Shown: positions 1-10,167, counted from the stretch's first letter. The stretch: DNA of 64,000 bases from an uncultured Pseudobdellovibrionaceae bacterium (GCA_963803705.1 CAWDNU010000001.1:480001-544000); one strand, 5' to 3'. The notes: a model not told the origin generated them from the sequence alone. Numbers and translations: made by a program.

Positions 1-397
1 TTCGATCTTCGATTGGATCGGGACCAAACTTTTCAAAAATTTTTGATGTATAATCCAAAATATAGCCAAAGCGTCTTGGATCGTTATAAATCAGTTTCTT
101 GTCAGTCCAGGAAAATACTAAATGGTCGTGTTTTACAGGCTTGTATTCACTTTCAAAACGCCAGTGTCCGGTCATACCCAAGTGGGATATAAAGCTTAGT
201 CCAGTGGTTTCAAATATTAAAAATTTACCGCGCCTTTTAACAGATATGAAAGACATACTTTCTATCGCCTTCAAAGTTTTGACGGGCATTAGAAATCGCA
301 GGTCTTTTCTATTAAGTTTAACGTCAATAACTTTGGACTTGGACAAACCTTTTGTAAGTCCTCGCCTGACTGTCTCTACTTCTGGTAATTCGGGCAT
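1..397 (-). CDS. mutM: Formamidopyrimidine-DNA glycosylase (Fpg/MutM), 5' part; runs off the window
   Basis: Not in the ORF track. Minus strand from ATG at 397 reads MPELPEVETVRRGL, later HLGMTG and YNDPRRFG, the Fpg signatures. Confidence 0.97.
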   Translation of the reverse strand, partial: MPELPEVETVRRGLTKGLSKSKVIDVKLNRKDLRFLMPVKTLKAIESMSFISVKRRGKFLIFETTGLSFISHLGMTGHWRFESEYKPVKHDHLVFSWTDKKLIYNDPRRFGYILDYTSKIFEKFGPDPIEDR

Positions 398-485
398 AAG
401 TTCAATCCAGGTATAAGATCAACTTCTAGCTCTTTTAAGCAAACTAGTCAGGTAGTTTATTAGCACTGACCATTAGATATATGAT

Positions 486-707
486 TTAATCTTCAAACAG
501 ATGATACTGCTGATCTAAAGAATCAAAATATAATTTAACGTTTTTTCCGTTTCTACTTTGAACTCGGATTATATTACGCCCTCTGGTAGAATCCCATGGG
601 TCAAAGGCTGAATTATCAAAGCCAGAATTAGACCTTTGATTAGAAGAGTCTTCATAAAAAAGATCAATCTGATCGTAGTTATAGGCTTGAATTTTATTTT
701 TATTCAT
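486..707 (-). CDS. Small hypothetical protein directly downstream of lexA
   Basis: 73 aa ORF with AGAGGAG RBS, 18 bp after the lexA stop. Confidence 0.7.
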   Translation of the reverse strand: MNKNKIQAYNYDQIDLFYEDSSNQRSNSGFDNSAFDPWDSTRGRNIIRVQSRNGKNVKLYFDSLDQQYHLFED

Positions 708-725
708 AAATCTCCTCTTTGTTTT

Positions 726-1376
726 TTAAGATCTCGAGTAAGTTCGAATTAGACCGACTACTAATCCTTGTAAAGTAATTTGATGAGGCTCATACCACAT
801 TGATTCCATCTCTGAATTAGCAGGTCGAAGTTCAACTTGACCTTTTTTATAAAAAATACGCTTAACAGTGGCAGACTCGTCGTCTGTCGAAATGACTGCA
901 AGACTGCCATCGGGCGCAAAGGATCTTTTTTCGATAATAACAAGATCCCCACTGTTGATGCCTTCGTCGATCATAGATTCACCTTCCACTCTAAGCACAA
1001 AGCTTTCTTTTGGCTTGTGAACTAAGTTCATTGGAACTTCGACCCATTGATCAAAGTTTTTTTCTTCCAAAGGGAGGCCGGCCGCCACCTTCCCAAGCAA
1101 AGGAAGAGTGACGGCTACGGAGGGTTTCTCCATCAGATCTGCGAGATAATCTGATGAAGTCTTCAAAAGTTTTAGTGATCTTTTTTCGTTAGCTTGGCCT
1201 TTTTTTACGTAGCCTTTTAGTTCCAACTGCTGAATGTAGCGCTGGACAGAATTGATACTTGCAAATCCAAAATTATTTTGGATCTCTGTAAAAGTTGGCG
1301 AAATACCATGATTTTTAACATAGGACTCAATATATTCTAGAGTCGCTTTTTCTTTCGAGGTGAGTGATCTGGCCAT
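726..1376 (-). CDS. lexA: SOS repressor LexA
   Basis: N-terminal wHTH (PTFTEIQ...SINSV), VAAG cleavage site, GESM catalytic Ser, ATVK catalytic Lys. Confidence 0.97.
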   Translation of the reverse strand: MARSLTSKEKATLEYIESYVKNHGISPTFTEIQNNFGFASINSVQRYIQQLELKGYVKKGQANEKRSLKLLKTSSDYLADLMEKPSVAVTLPLLGKVAAGLPLEEKNFDQWVEVPMNLVHKPKESFVLRVEGESMIDEGINSGDLVIIEKRSFAPDGSLAVISTDDESATVKRIFYKKGQVELRPANSEMESMWYEPHQITLQGLVVGLIRTYSRS

Positions 1377-1405
1377 CCTTAAAGTCCTTTTTTCTTAAAT
1401 TCATT

Positions 1406-1448
1406 ATGTGTAAGTTTGATTGGTATATATGTAAGTTATATGTAAGTT
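1406..1448. promoter_or_regulatory. Three direct repeats AT(A/G)TGTAAGTT upstream of lexA; candidate LexA operator
   Basis: Copies at 1406-1416, 1427-1437 and 1438-1448, 30-72 bp upstream of the lexA start. Confidence 0.55.
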
Positions 1449-1681
1449 TAGAAATTGGGAAGAACTTTCTGACATGGGTAACACTTTGGGCCAGGGACAT
1501 AGGTAATTGCTATAATTCAGGGTTTTTGAGGAACCGGTGCCTTGGAAGGGTGTTTAAGCAAAGTGCCAGCTCGATTGTTTTACTTAGTGTAATACATAAG
1601 TAGCGATCCGCTGATTTCAGGATCTGAATTGATATCAACTCTTTGAAAGGATCCTGTAAGTTGTAAGCTTGTTGAAAGAGT

Positions 1682-1990
1682 TTATGCACCAGTATTTGTT
1701 TCGCAGGCGTTTCTAGCTGGCCCAGCATTTACCTTATCAATGCAATCATAAATACTAACAAAGCTTTGTTTGAAATCTGAAGCCAAAAAACTACCGATAC
1801 TTTCAAAGATTTGCTCTCCTATACCCAGAGAAGACATATCCACTGTTGTTTGAAGGTGGAGAGGTCCCACGGTCATTACAGCTTTCTTACACTCACTGAC
1901 TCTACGTGGGGGCAATGGCTGCATAACATTGAGAATATAAGGAGTAAGTTGGCTCACGTTTGCAAAATTTGTCACATCAAGATTAAGCAT
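1682..1990 (-). CDS. Hypothetical protein or gene remnant
   Basis: 102 aa ORF with no recognisable motif and no clear RBS. Confidence 0.3.
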   Translation of the reverse strand: MLNLDVTNFANVSQLTPYILNVMQPLPPRRVSECKKAVMTVGPLHLQTTVDMSSLGIGEQIFESIGSFLASDFKQSFVSIYDCIDKVNAGPARNACETNTGA

Positions 1991-2112
1991 TGAAGCGAAA
2001 GTAATAATTACTTTAGGGCAGCCCTAATTTTTGCACCATGGAAGGAACAACAATTGATCTTCTCTAGAATTTAATGAAGACAAAAAACTAGATAAGTATT
2101 AGGGTCTTTTCC

Positions 2113-2865
2113 ATGAGTCAGGACTTAACTGCGCAAGATCAAATAGACTTATTTAAATCTCAAAATAAAGCTATAAACTTTATTAAAACTTTATTTGGAG
2201 CATCTGAACTATGGTTTAAAAAACTCAGAACTGAGTTCGACAAACCTTACTTCCTAAAATTACAAGATTTTTTGAAAACCGAACGAACCAAAGGTACAAA
2301 AATTTATCCAGATTCAAAGAATTATTTTGAAGCTTTTAGGCTTTGTTCTTTCGACTCGACTAAAGTTATCATCTTGGGTCAAGACCCTTATCATGGACCA
2401 GGTCAAGCCCATGGACTTAGTTTTTCAGTTCCAAAAGGACTAAAAATTCCCCCTTCTTTAGTAAACATTTTTAAAGAGCTTTCCTCTGATTTGAACGTCA
2501 CTATCCCAAAGTCTGGGAACTTATCTAGTTGGGCATCAAGCGGCGTTTTGCTTTTAAACACAGTTTTGACTGTAGAGGCACATAAGCCGGCTTCACATAA
2601 AAATCTAGGTTGGCAGTTATTTACTGACAAAGCTATAAGACTTTTAGTCGAAGATAACCGTCCTAAGGTTTTTATTCTTTGGGGATCTCATGCACAAAAC
2701 AAGAAAAAAACTATAGATTTCAAAAACCATTTAATACTTGAAGCTCCGCACCCATCGCCGTTATCAAGCTACAGAGGTTTTTTTGGCAGTCGGCCATTTT
2801 CAAAAGCCAATGAGTATCTTGTTCAGTCCAATAAAAAACCTATTGATTGGGACTTGGCTGACTGA
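2113..2865 (+). CDS. ung: Uracil-DNA glycosylase, family 1
   Basis: GQDPYH, GLSFS, LLLNTVLTV and HPSPLS motifs. Confidence 0.97.
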   Translation: MSQDLTAQDQIDLFKSQNKAINFIKTLFGASELWFKKLRTEFDKPYFLKLQDFLKTERTKGTKIYPDSKNYFEAFRLCSFDSTKVIILGQDPYHGPGQAHGLSFSVPKGLKIPPSLVNIFKELSSDLNVTIPKSGNLSSWASSGVLLLNTVLTVEAHKPASHKNLGWQLFTDKAIRLLVEDNRPKVFILWGSHAQNKKKTIDFKNHLILEAPHPSPLSSYRGFFGSRPFSKANEYLVQSNKKPIDWDLAD

Positions 2866-2918
2866 AATTAAAAAGGACTACTCGCAAGCGCTGAATCAAT
2901 CTATAGTAGCATCTAAGC

Positions 2919-3947
2919 ATGATAAAGAAATTCTTAGGTCCATTCAAAGAAAAAATTCTTATTGTTGATCACCTTAAGCCTAGCCTTTTTGAATCAAAAC
3001 ACAGTTTGCTTTTTATTGATGAAAATTTAAAGAATTTTGACGAGATCAAAAGATTGAAAGCAAAACATCAGATCTTCTGGTTAAAAGCCGGGGAAGATCT
3101 AAAGTCAATCGACGCTTTGAAATCTGTATTATCCTCTATTGAACCTTCATTGAATAAGCTTCAACCTCCTTACTGCTTTGTTGCCATTGGCGGAGGAAGT
3201 CTTGGCGATTTTTGCGGATTTTTAGCAAGCGTCTACCACAGAGGTGTGGATTTTGTTCAGTGTCCAAGCACGTGGCTTGCCGCTATAGATTCGTCTCATG
3301 GCGGGAAGACGGCTTTAAATGTCTTGAATTTCAAAAATCAGATCGGAACATTTTATCCAGCAAAACAGATTATCGTTTCGAAATCCTTATTGGCTAACCA
3401 AAGCCCTTCTGAAGCTATGGGCGAAATCACGAAAACTATTTTATTATCTAGCCAAAACTCAAAGTTAAGAAATTTTGTAAAAAAAGCTTGGCAGACTGAT
3501 ACTGATAATGTCTGGGCGTCTATTACGGATTTTATTAAAGTTAAAAATTCTTACGTTAAAAAAGACCCCACAGAAACAAAAAAAGAACGCTTTAAATTGA
3601 ACTTGGGTCACACTGTGGGCCATGCTTTAGAAAAGGTATATGGCTTATCTCACTCAGAAGCCGTTCTTAGAGGAGTGATTTTTGCTGTCACCTGGAGCGT
3701 TAAAAAAAAATACTCACACAGCAGAATTTTGCAGGTGCTTATACATTTTATAGAGGCCAACCATTTTTTTCTTAAATCTTTGCCCCAAAAACCCATGGCT
3801 ATTTTTGAACAAGCATTGTTGAAGGATAAAAAAAGAGCAGGCCAAGATATTAATTTTGTCTTTTTAAAGAACTTTAAAGCCGTGGTAAAAAAAGTTAAAG
3901 TGAATGATATAATCAAAGAGATGAAAAATCAGGACCTAATTAAATAA
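2919..3947 (+). CDS. aroB: 3-dehydroquinate synthase
   Basis: GGGSLGD, PSTWLAAIDSSHGGKT, KNQIGTFY, LNLGHTVGHALE. Confidence 0.93.
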   Translation: MIKKFLGPFKEKILIVDHLKPSLFESKHSLLFIDENLKNFDEIKRLKAKHQIFWLKAGEDLKSIDALKSVLSSIEPSLNKLQPPYCFVAIGGGSLGDFCGFLASVYHRGVDFVQCPSTWLAAIDSSHGGKTALNVLNFKNQIGTFYPAKQIIVSKSLLANQSPSEAMGEITKTILLSSQNSKLRNFVKKAWQTDTDNVWASITDFIKVKNSYVKKDPTETKKERFKLNLGHTVGHALEKVYGLSHSEAVLRGVIFAVTWSVKKKYSHSRILQVLIHFIEANHFFLKSLPQKPMAIFEQALLKDKKRAGQDINFVFLKNFKAVVKKVKVNDIIKEMKNQDLIK

Positions 3948-5356
3948 TGAACTCAACTGGTGCGTTTCGATACTCGGGTCCTCTAGAAAGCTCGAAGTCT
4001 ATTGTTAACCGAGCATTAATACTGCAGGCCATACATCCATCGCTTGAAATAAAATATTCAAGCCACGCACAAGATGTACTTGACCTGAAAAAAGCGGTTG
4101 AAAATTTTAAAAATTTTCAAAATAAGAAACCTGACACTGACATTACTATTTGTTTTGACGCTGGAAGCGGCGGGACTACTTTTAGGTTTTTCGTGATTTA
4201 CTTGTCAAAATATCTAGGTCGATGGTCTGTCAAATTATCAGAGTCTTTAAAAAAAAGACCCATGGAAGACTTAATACAGCTTTTAGAGCAGCTAGGCTCA
4301 ACTGTGTCGCCATGTTTTCTTATGAACAAAAATACAGATGTTAAAATAAATCAGAATATTGAAATAAAGGATATATCAAAAACAGGTCCATCATTTTTTC
4401 AATTTCAATCAAATTTTTGGAACACTCAAGAGGTATCGGTAGATTTTTCAAAGTCGTCACAATTTTTTTCAGCTTTAGCATTGGCGGCCTCAGACTCAAC
4501 CTCTACCTTTCTAATTAAGTGTCTAAATAGAGATCAAAGTTCGGGTTACGAAAACATAACTCTAGAGCTATTAAAAAAAGTTGGGGTTGATGTAAAAGAT
4601 AACATAGACACAGTAGAGATCCGAAAAAATTCTGACCAACCCGCAGTAGAATTAGATTCAAAACATAGACAGATTTATGAACCAGCCCATAAGTCAATTA
4701 TTGAATCAATTCGTGAACCCAAACGTAAACCCGCTCATATTAAAACGATAGACGTTGGTGCAGATTGGTCTTCCATTATATATCTGCTTAGTTTTTGTTT
4801 TTCAGGATCTACGATTGAAATTACAAATGTCGACCTTGATTCCAAAGAGCCTGATCTAAAGGGTCTTAAATTTTTAAAGGACCTGGGTCTAAATTATAAG
4901 ATAAAAAAATCTAGTTTGTTTTCAGTTTTAAGCTGTGAACCAAGCTGTTTAAAGCCGGATATTCTAAGCTTTAATTTAAAAAAGAATCCTGATCTATTTC
5001 CAGTGATAGTTGTTTTATTAAGCCAGTTGTCGTTGCAATATTCTAAAGAAGTCTTCATAGAGTACCCAGAGCAGCTGATATTTAAAGAATCTGATCGCCT
5101 AAACACCATGGTTTCAGCCTTGAAAAAACTAGGTTTCACCATTAAAGCTAAAGATTCTAAACTATCCCTTATAGCTGGCACATCTGATCAAGAAATAACA
5201 AAAGCAACAGATTATATTCTTGATTCCAAACTGGATCATAGAATTATTATGGCCTACGAGCTGTTAAAATCTTTCGGTTACAAGATAAAGTACGAAAACA
5301 AAAAGGAAGTTCAAAAGAGTTTTTCAAACTTTTTTGCAATTATTAATGGATCCTAA
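3947..5356 (+). CDS. aroA: EPSP synthase (divergent, with insertions)
   Basis: SKSIVNR, GTTFRF, KRPM, SSQF, KESDR and DHRI motifs; TAATG overlap with aroB. Confidence 0.88.
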   Translation: MNSTGAFRYSGPLESSKSIVNRALILQAIHPSLEIKYSSHAQDVLDLKKAVENFKNFQNKKPDTDITICFDAGSGGTTFRFFVIYLSKYLGRWSVKLSESLKKRPMEDLIQLLEQLGSTVSPCFLMNKNTDVKINQNIEIKDISKTGPSFFQFQSNFWNTQEVSVDFSKSSQFFSALALAASDSTSTFLIKCLNRDQSSGYENITLELLKKVGVDVKDNIDTVEIRKNSDQPAVELDSKHRQIYEPAHKSIIESIREPKRKPAHIKTIDVGADWSSIIYLLSFCFSGSTIEITNVDLDSKEPDLKGLKFLKDLGLNYKIKKSSLFSVLSCEPSCLKPDILSFNLKKNPDLFPVIVVLLSQLSLQYSKEVFIEYPEQLIFKESDRLNTMVSALKKLGFTIKAKDSKLSLIAGTSDQEITKATDYILDSKLDHRIIMAYELLKSFGYKIKYENKKEVQKSFSNFFAIINGS

Positions 5357-7295
5357 TACTAACAAGTTTCTTATTATAGGGCACAGGGGGGTTGGCAAAA
5401 GTTCAATCATTAAGGACCTGAAAGCAAGCCAGAAGAGCTACCTATGTTACGACTTAGACGAGCAAGTAGAGCTGCGTAGGAAAGTTAAAATTCAAGAACT
5501 TTTTCGAGATGGAAAAATTAAAGAATTTCGAAAATTAGAACACGAAATTTTAAATGAGATAATCTCACAGTTCGAGCAAGATACTTCATCTAAAGAAAAA
5601 AATAGAATTAAATTTAAAAAATTATTTGTTGCACTAGGCGCTGGATTTGAAATAGAGAAACTAAATAAACCAGATGATTCGTCTATCTTATGGGTGCGAC
5701 GCAAAACCGATGAAGCAGGCCGAATATTCTTTGATAGACCAAGCTTGACTGGAAACTTAAATCCGCTGAAAGAGTGGGCCGAAATTTTCTATAAAAGACA
5801 AAAAAAATATTCTGACTTTTCCACAGCACAATTTTACATACCCGAAAACTTAGAATCAGTATTAGAATTCTTTTTAAAGTTTTTAGAACCAAGAAAAATA
5901 AAAACTGGCTACGTGACATATATACCCAATGAAAATGACTTTATCATTCACAGCGGCAGGCACAATATAGAGCTTCGAACTGATCTGGTGCCTTTTGACA
6001 AAATACTAAATATTTTAGGTTCAAAATTAAATAATAATTTTAATATAACTTATATTTTAGCCATTAGGGGTCGCGATCAGGTTGCCAAACTGTTAAAAGC
6101 TTTGAAAACTAAGCTCAATAATCGAAGTACCAAATTGCTAGTTGATTGGGATATGTCGCTGGACTACCCACCTTCAGCTATAGGTAAAATTATAGATATT
6201 TATTCGTCTCATAGCCAAACCCCGGTAGCAGATGTGCTTAATTTTCAGCATCATTTAACTGAAAAATTTAAGTCAAAAAACAAAAAAAAAGTCCACTATA
6301 AACTTTGCCCAAAGGTTGCTAGCCACGAAGCCGCTGTAGAATTGGACTTAGAATTAGAAGACCTTCTGGTCGACTTCAGCTACTCATTTTTGCCTAGGTC
6401 TGAAGTTGGATTTAATCTGTCATACTTTAGACAGCTTAAGTCTTACCGACAAAAAATTGGATTTTACCGATTTGGTGATGGATCTTCATCCGACCAACCC
6501 CTGTGGTTTGAATGGCCAGATCGCAAACCCAAAGGCTTTTATGGCATATACGGCAATAATATTAGTCACAGCTTAACACCGGCTTATCACTTTAAATTTT
6601 TTAAGTCTAAAAGTTTGTGGCCAATTTCGATAGACGGATTTGATCGTTTTTTTGACTATGTGCCTTACTTTAAAAACCTGGACTTAAAGACTTTAGCCGT
6701 CACTTCGCCTTACAAGAAAACAGCTTATCTAAACACAGTCTTTAAAGACAAAGCAAAATTAAAAAAAGAAGTAGATTTTAATCTTAGTTCAGGATCGAGA
6801 GGTACTTTAGGACTGAAAAATCCAAGCCATTTGAAAGATTTTAAATCTGCCAATACTGTTGTTTTAAACATCGAGACCGAGTCTTTTAACACCGACTATA
6901 TGGGGCTTTGCTTATTTTTGAAAAGGTCTTTGACAAAAAACCTACCAATTCTAGTTTGGGGTGGGGGATCGCTCTTGGAACAATTAAAAGATCTGCATCC
7001 ACAAGCATTTTTTTATTCTGCTCGCACAGGCAAACCAAGAGATTCTAGCAGCGAAATCAAAACAACAGCTGGAACAGACATTCAAATAATTTGGGCAAGT
7101 GGTGAAAGGGGTCTAGACCCGTGCGTACTGCAAAATAAAATTAATATCAAAAAAATTATAGATCTAGATTATCGAAAAAATTCCAAGGCTAGGCTTTACA
7201 GCTTTTTAAATTCCATTGACTATACAAGTGGTTACAATTTTTTTACCGAACAAGCGCTACTACAGCAAAAGGTATGGGACACTTATGAGTTTTAA
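5346..7295 (+). CDS. Trifunctional shikimate kinase / type I dehydroquinase-like / shikimate dehydrogenase fusion
   Basis: P-loop GHRGVGKS with DLD and ALGAG; middle IELRTD...SSH...YKLC; C-terminal SHSLTP, VTSPYK, ANT, NTD, DLDY, EQALLQ. Start moved to ATG 5346. Confidence 0.85.
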   Translation: MDPNTNKFLIIGHRGVGKSSIIKDLKASQKSYLCYDLDEQVELRRKVKIQELFRDGKIKEFRKLEHEILNEIISQFEQDTSSKEKNRIKFKKLFVALGAGFEIEKLNKPDDSSILWVRRKTDEAGRIFFDRPSLTGNLNPLKEWAEIFYKRQKKYSDFSTAQFYIPENLESVLEFFLKFLEPRKIKTGYVTYIPNENDFIIHSGRHNIELRTDLVPFDKILNILGSKLNNNFNITYILAIRGRDQVAKLLKALKTKLNNRSTKLLVDWDMSLDYPPSAIGKIIDIYSSHSQTPVADVLNFQHHLTEKFKSKNKKKVHYKLCPKVASHEAAVELDLELEDLLVDFSYSFLPRSEVGFNLSYFRQLKSYRQKIGFYRFGDGSSSDQPLWFEWPDRKPKGFYGIYGNNISHSLTPAYHFKFFKSKSLWPISIDGFDRFFDYVPYFKNLDLKTLAVTSPYKKTAYLNTVFKDKAKLKKEVDFNLSSGSRGTLGLKNPSHLKDFKSANTVVLNIETESFNTDYMGLCLFLKRSLTKNLPILVWGGGSLLEQLKDLHPQAFFYSARTGKPRDSSSEIKTTAGTDIQIIWASGERGLDPCVLQNKINIKKIIDLDYRKNSKARLYSFLNSIDYTSGYNFFTEQALLQQKVWDTYEF

Positions 7296-8301
7296 AAATA
7301 CATTTGGTGCACTTTTCAGGGTGCATAGTTTTGGTGAAAGCCACGGTCCATCAATAGGAGTTGTGATAGACGGCTGTCCAGCAGGGCTTGTCTTAGATGA
7401 AAAAAAAATCAACAAATTTCTTGAACGTCGTCGTCCTGGTCAAAATGAATTTGTGACTTCAAGAAATGAGCCTGATCAATTTAAGATCTTAAGCGGACTG
7501 TTCGAAAATACAACTTTAGGAACACCGCTGGCGTTTGAAGTTTTAAACTTAGATAAGCAATCTAAAGATTACGATAATTCAAAACCTAGAAAAGGGCATG
7601 CAGACTCTGTATGGAAGCTTAAATTTGGACTGGCTGATCATAGGGGCGGCGGAAGGTCTTCTGGCAGAGAAACCCTAAGCCGTGTTTTAGCTGGTGCAGT
7701 TGCACGCATGCTTCTTGAAAAACTTTGTCCAAAGCTGTCAGTGATGGTTTGGATTGACAGTGTGGGTCCAATAAAAAACAGCTTAGAGTTTTCTGATTTC
7801 AGATCCACTTTTAAGATTTATGAAGGGTTAGCTGCGGATTTGGGATTTCCAGATTGTTTAAGAACTAATGATCTAAAAGCTTTATTAAAAGATGCCAAAG
7901 AAAATGGTGAAAGCTACGGTGGGGTAATCAAGGTAAAAGTTCAAAACTTATTGCCTGGTTTAGGTCAGCCTGTTTTTTCTAAGCTAAAATCCGATCTTGC
8001 GTCAGCTATTTTTTCAATCGGAGCTGTGCAGGGAATGAGCTTAGGTGAAAAAAATGTCAATTTGAAAGGCACAGAATTTCACAGCCTTGATGCTCCATAT
8101 GGAGGTATTCAGGGTGGCATATCAACAGGTGCAGATATTGATCTTGAAATATTGTTGAAACCAACATCTAGTATACTGGACACTGCTAAACTCGGCCGAC
8201 ATGACCCTTGTATTCTACCGCGCGCGCTAGTGGTGATAGAATCCATGATTTGCCTTGTTTTAGCTGACCATTTGCTTTTGTCCCGCGTTGATCGCATTTG
8301 A
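7285..8301 (+). CDS. aroC: Chorismate synthase
   Basis: FGESHG, RRPGQ, RGGGRSSGRET, GRHDPC. Start moved to ATG 7285. Confidence 0.96.
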   Translation: MSFKNTFGALFRVHSFGESHGPSIGVVIDGCPAGLVLDEKKINKFLERRRPGQNEFVTSRNEPDQFKILSGLFENTTLGTPLAFEVLNLDKQSKDYDNSKPRKGHADSVWKLKFGLADHRGGGRSSGRETLSRVLAGAVARMLLEKLCPKLSVMVWIDSVGPIKNSLEFSDFRSTFKIYEGLAADLGFPDCLRTNDLKALLKDAKENGESYGGVIKVKVQNLLPGLGQPVFSKLKSDLASAIFSIGAVQGMSLGEKNVNLKGTEFHSLDAPYGGIQGGISTGADIDLEILLKPTSSILDTAKLGRHDPCILPRALVVIESMICLVLADHLLLSRVDRI

Positions 8302-8308
8302 GGGTTTA

Positions 8309-9685
8309 ATGAAATGCTTCTTAGTCTTATGTTGCTTTAGTCTATCCAGCTGCGCTTTCTTTTCTTCTGATTTAAATAAAATTAAAAATGACCATAAGGT
8401 CGAGTTGCTTCGGCATCAAGAAAAAGATCTTCATCCATTTGCTATAATTCAGGGGCTAACAACTGAGTCATCAACAGAAATCAAGGTTATTGCTAAAACA
8501 GTAAAAGAAATAAGTTTTAAGCTTTTTTACAACGAAAAAGAAATTAAAACGATAAAAGTGGTAGATACCGAAGCCGGCAAAACTGGATATACAATCTACA
8601 ACTTAATTATTTCAAGCTTAAAAATCGACACCAACTACACATTGCAGGTTATAGAAAAAAATATGATTGCAGATCAGCGTAATTTTCAAACTGTAAATTT
8701 GGAAATGGTGCATCCTAACATTGGTGTTGTGTCTTGCATGCATGACAAATATAAAACGACCCAGTTTAAAATGTGGAATGATTATCTAAAACAAAATCCA
8801 ACTTATACCTTTATGATTGGTGATAACGTTTATGCGGACACACTTATTCGGTCGGGCCAAAAAAAGTTTATTTTTAAATATGCAACGGAAGCAAATTTGT
8901 GGAAAAGATATATTCAGACCTTTAAAACATTGTCTTACTACCGTGCATCCAGATTAGTGCCAACTTTAGGCATTTGGGACGATCATGATTACGGGTACAA
9001 TAATGGAGACGAGTCTTATCCATACAAAGCAGAATCTTTAAAAGTCTTTCAAGCTTTCTATGGCTTCAGCTCAGAGGCCTTAAAGTCTAAAAAACCCGTG
9101 GTGAGTCCACTTGAAGGTGCTGGATACGTTTTTAAAGCTTTCGGTCAAAATTTTGTTTTTATAGACAATAGAACATTTAGATCCAAGTCTTTAAAAACTG
9201 AAAAAAAGAATGAGACTCATCTTGGCCCAAAACAAACTGCAGAAATAATAAATATTTTGAAATCAAAGATACCTACCTGGCTTATTAAGGGTGATCAGTT
9301 TTTCGGAGCTTATCATAGATTTGAATCATTTGAAGGCGATCATCCTAATGACTTTTCAAATTTCTTGAGCGCGATCAAAAAAAGCTCTTCCAGGGTGCTA
9401 TTTGTAAGTGGAGATCGCCACTTAAACGAGTTGATGAAAATTGAAGAAGAGCTTTTGGGATACGAGACCTTCGAACTTACTTCAAGCGCCATACACGCGG
9501 CTATTTTTCCAAACGCTTGGAAAAAAAACCCAAACAGCAGGCAAGTTCAGGGTTTTTCTGGAATTCACAATTACTCTGTTGTCAAAATACAAAGTGTTTC
9601 CCCCTGGGCGCTTACTGTGACTTCATATGGTCCTGATCTAAAAGTATTATTTCAAGAAAATTTAGAAATAGGACAAAAAAAATAG
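8309..9685 (+). CDS. phoD: Alkaline phosphatase D family lipoprotein
   Basis: Lipobox LSSC, GDNVYAD, WDDHDY, DNRTFR, SGDRH. Start moved to ATG 8309. Confidence 0.85.
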   Translation: MKCFLVLCCFSLSSCAFFSSDLNKIKNDHKVELLRHQEKDLHPFAIIQGLTTESSTEIKVIAKTVKEISFKLFYNEKEIKTIKVVDTEAGKTGYTIYNLIISSLKIDTNYTLQVIEKNMIADQRNFQTVNLEMVHPNIGVVSCMHDKYKTTQFKMWNDYLKQNPTYTFMIGDNVYADTLIRSGQKKFIFKYATEANLWKRYIQTFKTLSYYRASRLVPTLGIWDDHDYGYNNGDESYPYKAESLKVFQAFYGFSSEALKSKKPVVSPLEGAGYVFKAFGQNFVFIDNRTFRSKSLKTEKKNETHLGPKQTAEIINILKSKIPTWLIKGDQFFGAYHRFESFEGDHPNDFSNFLSAIKKSSSRVLFVSGDRHLNELMKIEEELLGYETFELTSSAIHAAIFPNAWKKNPNSRQVQGFSGIHNYSVVKIQSVSPWALTVTSYGPDLKVLFQENLEIGQKK

Positions 9686-9771
9686 TTTTATTTTTTCTGC
9701 CCTATTTCGTTGTTGGAAATGAAATTTTATTCTAACATTAAAATTTGCTCACTTAAAGGCAGGTTATTTCT

Positions 9772-10167
9772 ATGGAAAGTGTGTTTACTAAAATTTTAAA
9801 CAATGAGCTTCCATCTTTTAAAGTCTTCGAAGATGAACATACATTTGCGATCCTGGCTTTAAACCAAATCCAGCTTGGGCACACTCTGGTGATATCTAAG
9901 CGGCAAGAAGACCATTTTTTTGAACTAAACGATGAAGAGTACATTGCCTTAATGAGAACTACAAAAAAGTTAGCTATTGCCATAAAGAAGGCAACAGGTT
10001 GTCATCGTGTCTGCACTTTTTTTCAAGGTTTTGAAGTTCAACATGCTCATCACCATCTAGTTCCAACTCAATCGGCAAAGGATTTTAATTTGTCGATGCA
10101 GACTCAAAGGTCGACTGAGGATATGAAATTTATTCAAGCTAAAATTATCTCGGCTCTGGAAAATTGA
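9772..10167 (+). CDS. HIT family nucleotide hydrolase
   Basis: SVFTKI N-terminus, GHTLVI, histidine triad HAHHHLVP. Confidence 0.9.
   Translation: MESVFTKILNNELPSFKVFEDEHTFAILALNQIQLGHTLVISKRQEDHFFELNDEEYIALMRTTKKLAIAIKKATGCHRVCTFFQGFEVQHAHHHLVPTQSAKDFNLSMQTQRSTEDMKFIQAKIISALEN

Noticed and set aside
99..416. 105 aa plus-strand ORF
   Set aside because: Antisense shadow of mutM.
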